Assembly: GCA_016190625.1 (NCBI GenBank)
Contig: JACPQF010000008.1
Location: 7,235-71,234, forward strand
Origin: Chloroflexota bacterium
GTDB lineage: Bacteria; Chloroflexota; Dehalococcoidia; JACPQF01
Direction of reading: 5' to 3'
DNA: 64,000 bases
A program made the position numbers and the translations under genes. Under the pieces are notes generated by a model. The model was not told where the DNA came from. It searched no databases and saw only the letters and a list, made by a program, of their open reading frames with translations. Shown here in pieces: positions 18,980 to 28,156 of the stretch (the stretch's first letter is position 1; every line of letters begins with the position of its first letter).

Positions 18980-20194
18980 TCATCCAAGATTCAGCAGATG
19001 GCGACGAAGCAGGTTCAGGGCGCTAAGGCAAATGAGGCGTTTGTGCTCAGATGAGGCCGCCCGCCTGAGAAAGACCGGCTGGCTCCTGATGCCACCGTGT
19101 CCTTTCAGGCAGACGAAACAATTGCCCGCCTGTCCATCGCCGCTCGCCATTGGCATGGTGGCGAGGCCCAGATCGGCGCCAAAATGAAGGCGCACACCTT
19201 CGGCAACTGCCTCGCCAAGGGCGCTCTCGCCGCCGGACAGGAAGGCTTCGCCGGCCACGGGAAACGGCAGCGTGGTCAAAGACGATGCGACGATCGCCCC
19301 CTTGAAGAAGTCCTCCTTCCTCTCGACACCGGTGACGATATTCGCCAGCCATCCGCCGGTAGCCACCTCGACGAGGGCCAAGGTGAGGTTCGCCGCCAAC
19401 AGGGTCTTGCCGACCACGACCTCGAGAGAGTCGTCGTCGGCCCCGTAAATATAAGTGCCGAGGATGGCCCGTATCGTAGCCTCGACAGGCCCGAGGAGAG
19501 TTTGCGCCTCATCACGGCTGTTGGCCTTTGCGGCAATGCGAACGTGAATGCCGTCCGCCTTGGCGTAGGTCGCGACGCTCGGGTTTGCCGCAGACACGAG
19601 GTCCTTTATGGCTTCCTCGACGGACGACTCTCCCATGCCTAAGACTTTCAAGGTCCTCGTCAGTAAGGTCGTGCTGCCCTGGCGGACTTGCAGCCGGGGC
19701 ACGGCTTCACGCTCCCACATGCGGTACATCTCGAAGGGAACACCGGGCATGGCCACAATCACCTTGCCGTCGTGCTCGACCCACCAGCCCGGCGCCGTTC
19801 CCACCGGATTGGGTAGCGTTTGGGCGGAGGGAATAAGTGTTGCCTGCTTGATGTTCCGCTCCGGCATGGGCAGGCCCCGGCCCTTGAAGAAACCCCTCAG
19901 AGTCTGCTCTAGCTCCGGGGACAAGAACATCTGCTCGCCCAACAGCTCGGCAATGGACTCTCGCGTGAGATCGTCGTCCGTTGGCCCCAGGCCGCCGGTC
20001 ACAACCACCAAATCCGAGCGCCCCATCGCCCGTCGGAAAACTTCAACCAATCTACCTTGATTGTCCCCAACCACGGACACCCAGTAGAGGTCGATGCCCA
20101 GCGTGGCCAGATGCCTGGCGAGGTAAGCGGCGTTGGTATCCACGATCTCGCCGAGAAGCAGCTCGGTTCCCACGGAGATTATCTCTGCCTTCAT
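18980..20194 (-). CDS. cinA: CinA-family protein (N-terminal MoCF-binding domain + C-terminal nicotinamide-nucleotide amidohydrolase PncC domain)
   Basis: MKAEIISVGTELLLGEIVDTNAAYLARHLATLGIDLYWVSVVGDN...VVVTGGLGPTDDDLTRE at the N-terminus, then a CinA C-terminal domain. Confidence 0.85.
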   Translation of the reverse strand: MKAEIISVGTELLLGEIVDTNAAYLARHLATLGIDLYWVSVVGDNQGRLVEVFRRAMGRSDLVVVTGGLGPTDDDLTRESIAELLGEQMFLSPELEQTLRGFFKGRGLPMPERNIKQATLIPSAQTLPNPVGTAPGWWVEHDGKVIVAMPGVPFEMYRMWEREAVPRLQVRQGSTTLLTRTLKVLGMGESSVEEAIKDLVSAANPSVATYAKADGIHVRIAAKANSRDEAQTLLGPVEATIRAILGTYIYGADDDSLEVVVGKTLLAANLTLALVEVATGGWLANIVTGVERKEDFFKGAIVASSLTTLPFPVAGEAFLSGGESALGEAVAEGVRLHFGADLGLATMPMASGDGQAGNCFVCLKGHGGIRSQPVFLRRAASSEHKRLICLSALNLLRRHLLNLG

Positions 20195-20727
20195 GTGTGT
20201 TGAAACCTCGCAACGAATTCTGAGCGAAAGACCTCCATTATCACGAACCGGTAGGTCCCCTCTGCCGTGCGGTTAGCCTCGTGAAAGCCGCAGCGGCGGA
20301 AGCAAGCCTGCGCCCGCAAGTTCCAATCGAGGGTGTAAGGATAGACGCGCAGGGTATCCGTCGTCTCGAAGATGTGCTTTAGTAGCAGAGCGATGGCCTC
20401 CCGGCCATAGCCCTTGTTCCAATAGTCCTTGTCCCCGACGACAATGCCGAGCTCGACCTCTTTCCGCTGGGCGTCGATGTTGAAGTACGTGCAGTTGCCG
20501 ATGTGCCGGCCTTCCAGATCGTCGATGGCGTAGCGGCGGCGGTAAGGGCCGGGGTTCCGCAGCTCCGACTCATACTCGGCCAAGAACTGGTCAAGGGGCG
20601 CCCGCAGAGGCGAAGTAGCGTCAAAGCGAGCTAGCTCGGGATCGCAGCGCCAGGCGTAATCATCCTCGGCGTCCTCAACCGTCTTCTCTCTCAGCCTGAC
20701 GAGCTTCCCTTCTTCGATTACGGTCAT
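20191..20727 (-). CDS. GNAT-family N-acetyltransferase (RimJ/RimL-like)
   Basis: 178 aa; GNAT motif region ELGIVVGDKDYWNKGYGREAIALLLKHIF...CGFHE. 4-bp overlaps with both the gcvT-family gene and cinA. Confidence 0.8.
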   Translation of the reverse strand: MTVIEEGKLVRLREKTVEDAEDDYAWRCDPELARFDATSPLRAPLDQFLAEYESELRNPGPYRRRYAIDDLEGRHIGNCTYFNIDAQRKEVELGIVVGDKDYWNKGYGREAIALLLKHIFETTDTLRVYPYTLDWNLRAQACFRRCGFHEANRTAEGTYRFVIMEVFRSEFVARFQHT

Positions 20728-21824
20728 GCCACCTCCCCTCGGCGATAAAATGGTCTCCGGACGACCTCGGCCTTAACCGGCTTCTCTCGAATGATTATGT
20801 CCAATTGCTGGCCAGGGCGCGCCCAGTCTGTCAAGACATACCCCATTCCAATTCCTTTGTCAAGTGTCGGCGAGAAAGACCCACTCGTGACGAAGCCTAT
20901 GGTGGCGCGATCCTTCGTTATAGGATAACGTTCTCTGGGAATTCCTCTTTCGATCATTTGAAAACAGACTAGCTTTCGCTTGATCTCCTCGTCGGCGATC
21001 TTCTGCAGCGCCGAACGTCCCACGAACCCCCCTTTATCTAGCTTTACGGCCCAGCCCAATCCGGCCTCATAGGGGTTGGTGGTAAGATCGATCTCGTGGC
21101 CATACAGTGGCAAGGCGGCCTCGAGTCGCAGCGTGTCTCTGGCGCCCAGGCCGCAGGGCCTTGCCCCGGCGTCGAGAACCGCCGCCCAGACCTGCGGTGT
21201 ATCCCCGGCCGCCATGAACACCTCGAAGCCGTCCTCTCCAGTGTAGCCGGTGCGGGCCAGTAGCACCTCCACGCCGGCGAGGCGCGTTTGCCGGCACTGC
21301 CTCGGCGGAACGGAGGCAAGATCGACGTCGGCCAGGGGCGCGAGGACCTCCAAGGCCTTCGGACCCTGCACCGCGATGGCCCCCCTCGTCCCCGCCTGCA
21401 GGTCCACTTTGGCCCCCAATCGCGCCTGCTTTGCACGCTCGCCGACCCACTGGTTGTCTCTGTCGGCGTTTACGGCGTTACCGATGAGAAGGTATTCCCG
21501 CGGCCCACAATGGAACAGATACGTATCGTCGACGATCGTTCCCTCCTCCGAGCAAATCAGGTTGTATAGGCCGCGCCCGACGCCCAGCCCGGTTAAGTCG
21601 TTCGACAGCACTCCCTGCAATAGGCTGAAGGCGTCCGGGCCGGTAACCCTAATCTGAGCCATGTGACTTATGTCAAACACACCGGCGGCGGAGCGCACTG
21701 CCAGGTGCTCCTCCACGATGCTCCGAAACTGAACGGGAAGCAGCCAGCCGGCAAACTCGACGACTCGGGCGCCCATTCCCAGGTGGTCGTCATACAGCGG
21801 CGTCTTTTGAGGTTGCTTCTCCAC
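20724..21824 (-). CDS. gcvT: aminomethyltransferase (glycine cleavage T-protein family)
   Basis: 366 aa; KTPLYDDHLGMGARVVEFAGWLLPVQF...GVFDISHMAQIRVTGPDAFSLLQGVLSNDL is the GcvT N-terminal signature. No gcvH or gcvP adjacent, so it may be a T-protein paralogue. Confidence 0.8.
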   Translation of the reverse strand: MEKQPQKTPLYDDHLGMGARVVEFAGWLLPVQFRSIVEEHLAVRSAAGVFDISHMAQIRVTGPDAFSLLQGVLSNDLTGLGVGRGLYNLICSEEGTIVDDTYLFHCGPREYLLIGNAVNADRDNQWVGERAKQARLGAKVDLQAGTRGAIAVQGPKALEVLAPLADVDLASVPPRQCRQTRLAGVEVLLARTGYTGEDGFEVFMAAGDTPQVWAAVLDAGARPCGLGARDTLRLEAALPLYGHEIDLTTNPYEAGLGWAVKLDKGGFVGRSALQKIADEEIKRKLVCFQMIERGIPRERYPITKDRATIGFVTSGSFSPTLDKGIGMGYVLTDWARPGQQLDIIIREKPVKAEVVRRPFYRRGEVA

Positions 21825-22269
21825 GTGGTTCCTCCAACTGCCTCAGGGCATCTCTTGCCTTGAGCAAAATATCTTTCTCGTTATCGTAACTCAGAAGGCG
21901 ATACGCCTCGTCTATGGGAGCCCACTTCACGATGTCGAACTCCCAGTCGTGTTTGGCGATGTCGCCTCCCACCGGCCTCATGAGGAAGTGGTAGACGACC
22001 TTGTGGTAGCGGACGCGCTCGGGCATTCCTACGAACCAATAGTCGATGGCTCCGAGCTCGGTGACTATCTCGACGGCGAGTCCGGTCTCCTCCTCGACCT
22101 CCCGAATAGCCGCCTCCTCGATTCCCTCTCCCGACGATGGCGTGCCCTTCGGCAAAGTCCAGATACCTGTAGAGATCCGTCCGCAGATGATCACTTGACA
22201 AGTGTTCTCGACGAGAGAGTAGACGACGCCGCCGGCAGATTCGGCACGCTTGGCTGGTAGTTTAGCCAA
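21790..22269 (-). CDS. NUDIX hydrolase
   Basis: Nudix box GEGIEEAAIREVEEETGLAVE (GX5EX7REUXEEXGU). Confidence 0.8.
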   Translation of the reverse strand: MAKLPAKRAESAGGVVYSLVENTCQVIICGRISTGIWTLPKGTPSSGEGIEEAAIREVEEETGLAVEIVTELGAIDYWFVGMPERVRYHKVVYHFLMRPVGGDIAKHDWEFDIVKWAPIDEAYRLLSYDNEKDILLKARDALRQLEEPRGEATSKDAAV

Positions 22270-22641
22270 TTCCCTCCGCTCCAGCCCGATGCCGGGCGAA
22301 GATCAGGTTACCAGATGGTATCCGACCTCCCCCGGCATCGCCAGAATTCCCTATCCCTTCCATTTTATGCCGCTGGAAGCCGATAGTCAATCAATCAGTC
22401 AGGAATAACTACCGGCTGGATGATCGATACGAAAGCAGAACGCTGACAGCTACCATGACAACGTGTTAAAATAGATCAAGAGCGGCCAACTGCTTCTGTG
22501 GTAGGGCATCCTGCTTCTATGGTTAGACAGCGATTATGGGGGCGAACGGCGCGCCGTGGTGCCCTCTGGGCCCGCACCCGCCCCTACGCATCGGGCCACA
22601 ATTGCCGAAGGTTGGGACAAACTAACTAGGAGTACGCCGAA

Positions 22642-23604
22642 TTGGACAAAGACCTAGTCATCGCCATCGACCTGGGTGGCACGCGCATTAGGGCGGCGCT
22701 GGTCAACTCGGCCGGGCAGGTTCTGGATAGAAGGTCGACGCTCACGCTGGCGGATGAGGGACGGGACAGAGTCGTAGAGAGAATCATCCTCATCGCGACG
22801 ACAATCATCAAGCGGGTCGGGGTGGAGCATCTATCCGCCGTCGGCATTGGCGCCCCCGGCCCTCTCGACTTCCGCACGGGCGTCATAATTAGCGCCCCAA
22901 ACCTATCCGGCTGGCACGAGGTGCCGCTGAAGGATATCCTGCAAAGCTCGTTGGGACTGCCCGTCGCCGTGGGCAACGACGCCAACCTGGCCGCTCTCGG
23001 CGAGGCCACCTATGGCGGCGGACGGGGATCCAAGAACCTGATCTACATCACAGTGAGCACCGGCATAGGCGGAGGTGTGATAGTCGAGGGCAAGCTTCTG
23101 CTGGGCGAGAGGGGGCTGGCAGCCGAAGTGGGACACATGAGCATCGAAGCCTTTGGCCCAGCCTGCGGCTGCGGCAATCTCGGCTGTCTGGAGGTTCTGG
23201 CCTCCGGAACGGCAATTGCCCGAAAGGCGAAAGAACGCATTGCTGCCGGAGAGGCGACTGCTATGACGTCCATGCTGGCCCGCCAGGGTGGCGAGCTTGG
23301 CGCCGAGATCGTGGTCGACGCCGCCAAAGGAGGTGATGCCATCGCTAGAGAGATCATGTCAGTCGCAGCCACCTATCTTGGCGTCGGCGTGACCAACCTC
23401 TTGCATCTGTATAACCCCGGCATGGTCATAATCGGCGGTGGTGTTTCCAACGCCGGTGACCTTCTCTTTGAGCCGGTTCGGCAGGTCGTGGCCCAGAGGG
23501 CCATGCCCACCTACAGGGAAGGGCTTGCCATTGCGCCTACCGCCCTGGGGGACGATGCCGGCCTCCTCGGCGCCGCCGTTCTGGCGCGGCAACACCCCGA
23601 CTAA
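22642..23604 (+). CDS. ROK-family glucokinase
   Basis: LVIAIDLGGTRIRAALVNSAGQVL (ATP-binding N-terminus), a ROK motif region (VSTGIGGGVIVEGKLLLGERGLAAEVGHM) and the Zn-site CGCGNLGCLE. Confidence 0.85.
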   Translation: MDKDLVIAIDLGGTRIRAALVNSAGQVLDRRSTLTLADEGRDRVVERIILIATTIIKRVGVEHLSAVGIGAPGPLDFRTGVIISAPNLSGWHEVPLKDILQSSLGLPVAVGNDANLAALGEATYGGGRGSKNLIYITVSTGIGGGVIVEGKLLLGERGLAAEVGHMSIEAFGPACGCGNLGCLEVLASGTAIARKAKERIAAGEATAMTSMLARQGGELGAEIVVDAAKGGDAIAREIMSVAATYLGVGVTNLLHLYNPGMVIIGGGVSNAGDLLFEPVRQVVAQRAMPTYREGLAIAPTALGDDAGLLGAAVLARQHPD

Positions 23605-23642
23605 TCTCTACAGGAGAAGTCCACGATGACGGCTTGCAATTG

Positions 23643-23680
23643 GTAGGGGCGAATCCTTCGGCTGAAGGATTCGCCCCTAC
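23643..23680. repeat. REP-like palindromic element, family A (perfect copy)
   Basis: GTAGGGGCGAATCCTTCGGCTGAAGGATTCGCCCCTAC, a 17-bp perfect stem, 39 nt downstream of the glucokinase stop. Confidence 0.65.
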
Positions 23681-23792
23681 GGTGGCTGCGATCAGGGCCT
23701 ATGCCCTTCTCTAACCACGCCGATGCCCATCGGAATTGGCATGAAGTTTGCAATTGTGGTCCTGGAACAACTAGGTGTGGGGAGGAAGATAG

Positions 23793-23882
23793 ATGACCAA
23801 GAACGCTGTAATGTCATTGCTGCCGTGGCTCTTGGTTTTTCTGTTCCTGGGCTGGGCGGTTCTAGGGTTCATTGCCCGCTAG
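23793..23882 (+). CDS. candidate 29-aa single-TM small protein (MTKNAVMSLLPWLLVFLFLGWAVLGFIAR)
   Basis: Not in the ORF track (<60 aa). A strong SD, GGAGGA, lies 6 nt upstream of the ATG; the product is a hydrophobic helix with an Arg terminus. A small-protein gene is not proven. Confidence 0.3.
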   Translation: MTKNAVMSLLPWLLVFLFLGWAVLGFIAR

Positions 23883-23997
23883 AGGCCAAAGTGGCCGACG
23901 ATTGCTAGCACAGTAACTGAGAAATTCCGGCTGGATGAAATAGATGGGGCTAGGATTTCACTCCTAGCCCCCTTTTTTCCGGGAATATCCTCGCCTG

Positions 23998-24654
23998 TTA
24001 CCTGGATTGAAGGAAGTCCGAATAGAAGGGACGGAGATAGGGCGGCAGCGAGTTCAGGTCCCCGTTGGTAACCTCGGTGATTACCGCATAGATTTCGTGT
24101 ACCGGATAAAATGGCAACCGCTCCTTTGCATACCGTCCTGACATTTCAAAGCTTGCCAGCAAGACGCTTCTCGCCCGCTCGTAGCGACCGTCGTTTTCGA
24201 ACCAAAGCCTCAGAAGCGCTATGGCAAACGCGGTCTTCACCCACCGCGGCTTTTGCTCATAGTTTGCATGAGCGTACTCGTGCATGACAACCTGCAAGTA
24301 GGGTTGCCTGATGAACACCACATTCAGACTGCCATCATAGAGGCCAGCAACCGAAGCCATAGGGTATCCCAGCTTCAAGGGAACGTGACCAAGCCTCTCC
24401 TTCGCCTCGTCAGTCACGTTGAAGAGATCGAAGGCGGAGTTCCGGATTTCTTCAGGCGACCCATCAGGCAATCGTTCCATCTCCTGATCGATATCTTGCA
24501 ATGAGCCCGGGGCGACTCCTAGCAGGCTGCCCAGCGATGCATATACCCTACTGGGGACTTGCACACCAGTCGAGAAAACCAGGCTACCAACAAATAGAGC
24601 AACGCCAAGCGTCAACGTTATCCCCGCCAGTGCGGCGACAGCGACCCTAACCAC
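23998..24654 (-). CDS. membrane-anchored hypothetical protein with an HExxH motif (putative zinc-dependent hydrolase)
   Basis: N-terminal TM (VAVAALAGITLTLGVALFVGSLVF) and the motif VVMHEYAHANYE; no confident family assignment. Confidence 0.45.
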   Translation of the reverse strand: MVRVAVAALAGITLTLGVALFVGSLVFSTGVQVPSRVYASLGSLLGVAPGSLQDIDQEMERLPDGSPEEIRNSAFDLFNVTDEAKERLGHVPLKLGYPMASVAGLYDGSLNVVFIRQPYLQVVMHEYAHANYEQKPRWVKTAFAIALLRLWFENDGRYERARSVLLASFEMSGRYAKERLPFYPVHEIYAVITEVTNGDLNSLPPYLRPFYSDFLQSR

Positions 24655-24872
24655 TTGACCAAAGCCATCCTTTCAAGGCATCTCACCCTGCCCTCAGAGT
24701 GGAGAGCAAGGGCAAGATCGCACTGTTATCAATATGAGAGCTCCCGCCGGAATCGGCGAGGCAGACCGGCCAGCCATCACGAAAGTAGACCAGCCAATCT
24801 ATGGTAACTATGCAAGTTAGGGGCCAAGATGGACTTGTCCGGGTGGGAAGGGCCTGGGGTCGTAGCTGCGAG

Positions 24873-26078
24873 CTACCTCTGAATAAGCTCTTGCTTTCGT
24901 GCCGTGTGTACCAGCAAGCGTCCTTGGGGACGGACGCGTTCGCTATCCGGAGCAGGGGCTTTGTAGTCGAAGCCTTTCAGCGTCCGGGGTTCCAGTCTAG
25001 TGTTAAGAGCATGCTCAATATCGCGTACCATGGCTGCGTCTGCGCCTGTCACCAAGGTAAACGCGTCGCCGTTTTGGTGAATGCGCCCCGTACGGCCGAT
25101 TCTATGCGTGTAGGCATCCAAACTCTCCGGCATGTCGTAATTGATGACGTGGGAAATACTCAGCACATCAATGCCACGGGCGGCGATATCGGTCGCCACC
25201 AGGATCTTAAACAAGCCGGTACGGAAGCCATCAAGCGCTGCCTGACGCCTTGACTGAGATAGATTGCCGTGTAACGAGGCGACTCTGAAGCCCGCTCCCT
25301 TGAGCTGTTGGGCAAGCCGCTCGGCGCGATACTTGGTGCGAGCAAAGACAAGCACTGATTCCGTTTCGATTTGGTACAACAGGTCCATCAGCAAAGCGGT
25401 CTTGAGATGCTGCTTGACCGGATACAGAGCGTGGGATACCGAAGCCGCCGGCGCCATGCGATCGACCTGTACACTTACCGGATCGGTCAGGACATCTTGC
25501 ACCAGCCGTCGGATATCCAGGGGCATGGTGGCCGAGAAAAGCAAGGTTTGTCGCGGCTTTATCAAACACCGTAGGATACTCCGAATGTCCGGGAGAAAGC
25601 CCATGTCAAACATCCGGTCTGCCTCGTCGATTACCAGAACTTCCACATCTGATAAGCTAATCGTACCCTTCCAAACGTGGTCTAGAAGGCGCCCGGGGCA
25701 AGCAACTGCTATATCCACTCCACTGCGGAGCATTTGGATTTGCTGGTCCATGTTCGTTCCGCCATACAGGGCGATACTCCGCAGACCCGTTTGTCGTCCT
25801 AGCCCATCGACTGCCTCACATGTTTGCTCAGCCAATTCACGCGTGGGCGAGATTACGAGCGCACGAAGCCGACCCCGCGGGCCCTCCCGCAAACGCTGCA
25901 GGATTGGCAGTACGAAAGCGGCAGTCTTACCAGTCCCGGTCTGGGCCAGGCCAATAACATCACGACCCTGCATGATTGGCGGGATTGACTGTTCCTGAAT
26001 ACGGGTAGGGGTAGTGTAACCAAGCGCCCGGACACCAGCCATAATGTCGGGACTAAAACTGAAGGAATCGAAACTCAC
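24873..26078 (-). CDS. DEAD-box ATP-dependent RNA helicase
   Basis: Q-motif (GYTTPTRIQEQ), motif I AQTGTGKT, a DEAD box (VIDEADRM), SAT, and motif VI HRIGRTGR. Confidence 0.9.
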   Translation of the reverse strand: MSFDSFSFSPDIMAGVRALGYTTPTRIQEQSIPPIMQGRDVIGLAQTGTGKTAAFVLPILQRLREGPRGRLRALVISPTRELAEQTCEAVDGLGRQTGLRSIALYGGTNMDQQIQMLRSGVDIAVACPGRLLDHVWKGTISLSDVEVLVIDEADRMFDMGFLPDIRSILRCLIKPRQTLLFSATMPLDIRRLVQDVLTDPVSVQVDRMAPAASVSHALYPVKQHLKTALLMDLLYQIETESVLVFARTKYRAERLAQQLKGAGFRVASLHGNLSQSRRQAALDGFRTGLFKILVATDIAARGIDVLSISHVINYDMPESLDAYTHRIGRTGRIHQNGDAFTLVTGADAAMVRDIEHALNTRLEPRTLKGFDYKAPAPDSERVRPQGRLLVHTARKQELIQR

Positions 26079-26313
26079 TCTTTGGTGACCTTCTCTCTTT
26101 TTGAATTCTAGTCAGAGTTCGGGTCATCCAATACTCGCTGTAGAATTGGGGCGGATTCTACCGAAGATTGCTTCAACCTAAACTTGAACTACACAGGTAT
26201 TATACACTAGAGCAAGCAATTATGCAAAATGGTTATCGTGACCGCCAGCAACGCCCTCTCCCCTTTTCGATAGGTCGAGCGGTTGAGGCCCGGTCTCGAC
26301 CCAAGCCATAGCC

Positions 26314-27759
26314 TCAGGCGTCCTCGATGCCCGCAAGACGCTTGGCCAGTCTTGTCTTCTGAGGCAGATTGGCCTGGCGCAGAAGCATGATCCGCTGGGC
26401 CTGGGGCGAGCCAGCCCCGTGCATGGACTCGACCAGGGCGGTGCCGGAAGTCATGTTCTCGATGAGGCGGCCGATGCGAATCCGGTTCTCCGTCGGCACG
26501 CCATCCACCCCCGAGAAATACTTCTCTACGTATTTGCCGATCTCCGGATGCTTCAGATCCTTCTCGGAGGGAAGCGTGGCGATGAAGCCGCCGGCAATGT
26601 CGTGAGACAGACGGCAGATCTCGTAGATGAAGCGGGTGGCGTTCTGCTTGACCGTGTTGGCCAAAAGCGGATTGGGGTAGTAGGCACCGCAGGGGAGCCG
26701 GTGTCCCTCCGCCGAGCAGGCAATCGAGCCACAGTACATCGTCTCCGCCAGGTGGATCATCTCCACCACTTTATCGCGCACGTGAGAAGCCGAAGAAGTG
26801 CCGTTGTACTCCGCCACGGCGGTCACGGCGCCGACGATCACATCGCTAACGCCTGTCTTGCAGCCACCGTAATTCTGGCGGTGCATGGTGGCAAACCGCT
26901 CGACCAGTAGGCCGGCGAACTCGACCTCGCCGCACATGAACACCCGCTCCCAGGGCACGAACACGTTCTCGAACACGGCCAGCGCCTCGCCGCCCACTAT
27001 GCCGAACTTCTCGTTACCCTGGTCGATGCACCCCTCCAGGCGGCGAGTGTCGTTGCTCTGGCGGCCGAAGATGTAGACGATGCCCTTTGTGTCGGAAGGT
27101 ACGGCGAAGGCCACGGCGTAGTCCTTCTCTTCTGGACCGAGGGCCGAGGTAGGCATCACGATTATCTCGTGAGAGTTCACGGCGCCGGTCTGGTGGGCCT
27201 TGGCGCCCCTGACTACAATGCCATCTTCCCGTCGCTCGACGACCCGCAGGTACTGGTCGGGATCCGGCTGCTTGCTAGGCGATAGACTGCGATCGCCTTT
27301 GGGATCCGTCATGGCGCCATCCGACATGAGGTCGTTGGTCTGAACGTGCCGCAGAAACTTCAAGAAGCGCTGATGGTAATCGGTGCCGTTTTTGGCGTCC
27401 ATCTCGAAGGTCACCGAGTAGAGCGCATTGAGGCCGTCGAAGCCAACGCAGCGCTGGAAGCAGGTACCGGTATTCTGGCCGATGGCCCGCATCATCTTGA
27501 CCTTCTTGACCAGGTCGTCGGTGCTCTGGTGGATATGGGTGAAGCGGCTCACCCTCTCGCCGGTGAGGTGGGAGGTGGCCGTAACGAGGTCCTCGAACTC
27601 CGGCGCGTGGGCCATCTCGTAGGTCATCGCCGCAGCGTTGATATGGGGCCTGATTAGAGGAGAATCGACCACGCTGGGAATTCGTTCGCCGTAGGCGTAC
27701 ACCTCCAGCTTAAGGTCCCTCAAGCTGTCGATGTACTGCTGTCCCGTCTTCAGCGCCAT
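26314..27759 (-). CDS. abfD: 4-hydroxybutyryl-CoA dehydratase / vinylacetyl-CoA delta-isomerase
   Basis: 481 aa, collinear with the clostridial AbfD type (QQYIDSLR...HQSTDDLVKKVKMMRAIGQNTGTCFQRCVG...MTDPKGDRSLSPSKQPDPDQYLRVVERREDGIVVRGAKAHQTG...SMHGAGSPQAQRIM), including the CxxxC [4Fe-4S] ligand pair. Confidence 0.88.
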   Translation of the reverse strand: MALKTGQQYIDSLRDLKLEVYAYGERIPSVVDSPLIRPHINAAAMTYEMAHAPEFEDLVTATSHLTGERVSRFTHIHQSTDDLVKKVKMMRAIGQNTGTCFQRCVGFDGLNALYSVTFEMDAKNGTDYHQRFLKFLRHVQTNDLMSDGAMTDPKGDRSLSPSKQPDPDQYLRVVERREDGIVVRGAKAHQTGAVNSHEIIVMPTSALGPEEKDYAVAFAVPSDTKGIVYIFGRQSNDTRRLEGCIDQGNEKFGIVGGEALAVFENVFVPWERVFMCGEVEFAGLLVERFATMHRQNYGGCKTGVSDVIVGAVTAVAEYNGTSSASHVRDKVVEMIHLAETMYCGSIACSAEGHRLPCGAYYPNPLLANTVKQNATRFIYEICRLSHDIAGGFIATLPSEKDLKHPEIGKYVEKYFSGVDGVPTENRIRIGRLIENMTSGTALVESMHGAGSPQAQRIMLLRQANLPQKTRLAKRLAGIEDA

Positions 27760-27839
27760 TGCTCCCCCCTTTGATGTGTAGCTGTCATTTCACGAAGGTC
27801 ATGCAGTGCCTTTTCAACGAGTCCGCCCTAAAACCGTCC

Positions 27840-28041
27840 GTAGGGGCGAAGCATTGGCGCTAGGTCTCGGGCACCACGTCACGCATGTTCGCCAATGCTT
27901 CGCCCGCCCCGCGCTTGCAGCACTCCCACGCCTGTTCGTCGCGGGAGAACAGGATGTGGCGTCAATCCCGGGCGGGCGAAGCATTCGCAAACGGGGTTGA
28001 TGGCTCATAACGAACTGGCCTTGCGAATGCTTCGCCCCTAC
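27840..28041. mobile_element. MITE-like ~202-bp element with 16-bp terminal inverted repeats GTAGGGGCGAAGCATT / AATGCTTCGCCCCTAC
   Basis: The termini are a variant of the family A REP sequence. Internal extra inverted copies (CGCCAATGCTTCGCCC ... GGGCGAAGCATTCGC) and no ORF; sits between abfD and the FmdE-like gene. Confidence 0.5.
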
Positions 28042-28156
28042 GATTGAAGGTGCAACGTCCTCGCGCCGCCAGGTACTGCGCATGTGCTATTAGTCAACAT
28101 CGCGCGCCTCGAGCTCTACTTGCAGACATCGGGTCGATTCAGCGGAGATAGCTAAC

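Noticed and set aside
22270-22641. 370-bp intergenic region upstream of the ROK glucokinase, inspected for tRNA or promoter signals
   Set aside because: No cloverleaf-compatible sequence. TGACAA/TAAAAT hexamers are present but only 5 nt apart, so no promoter call was made.
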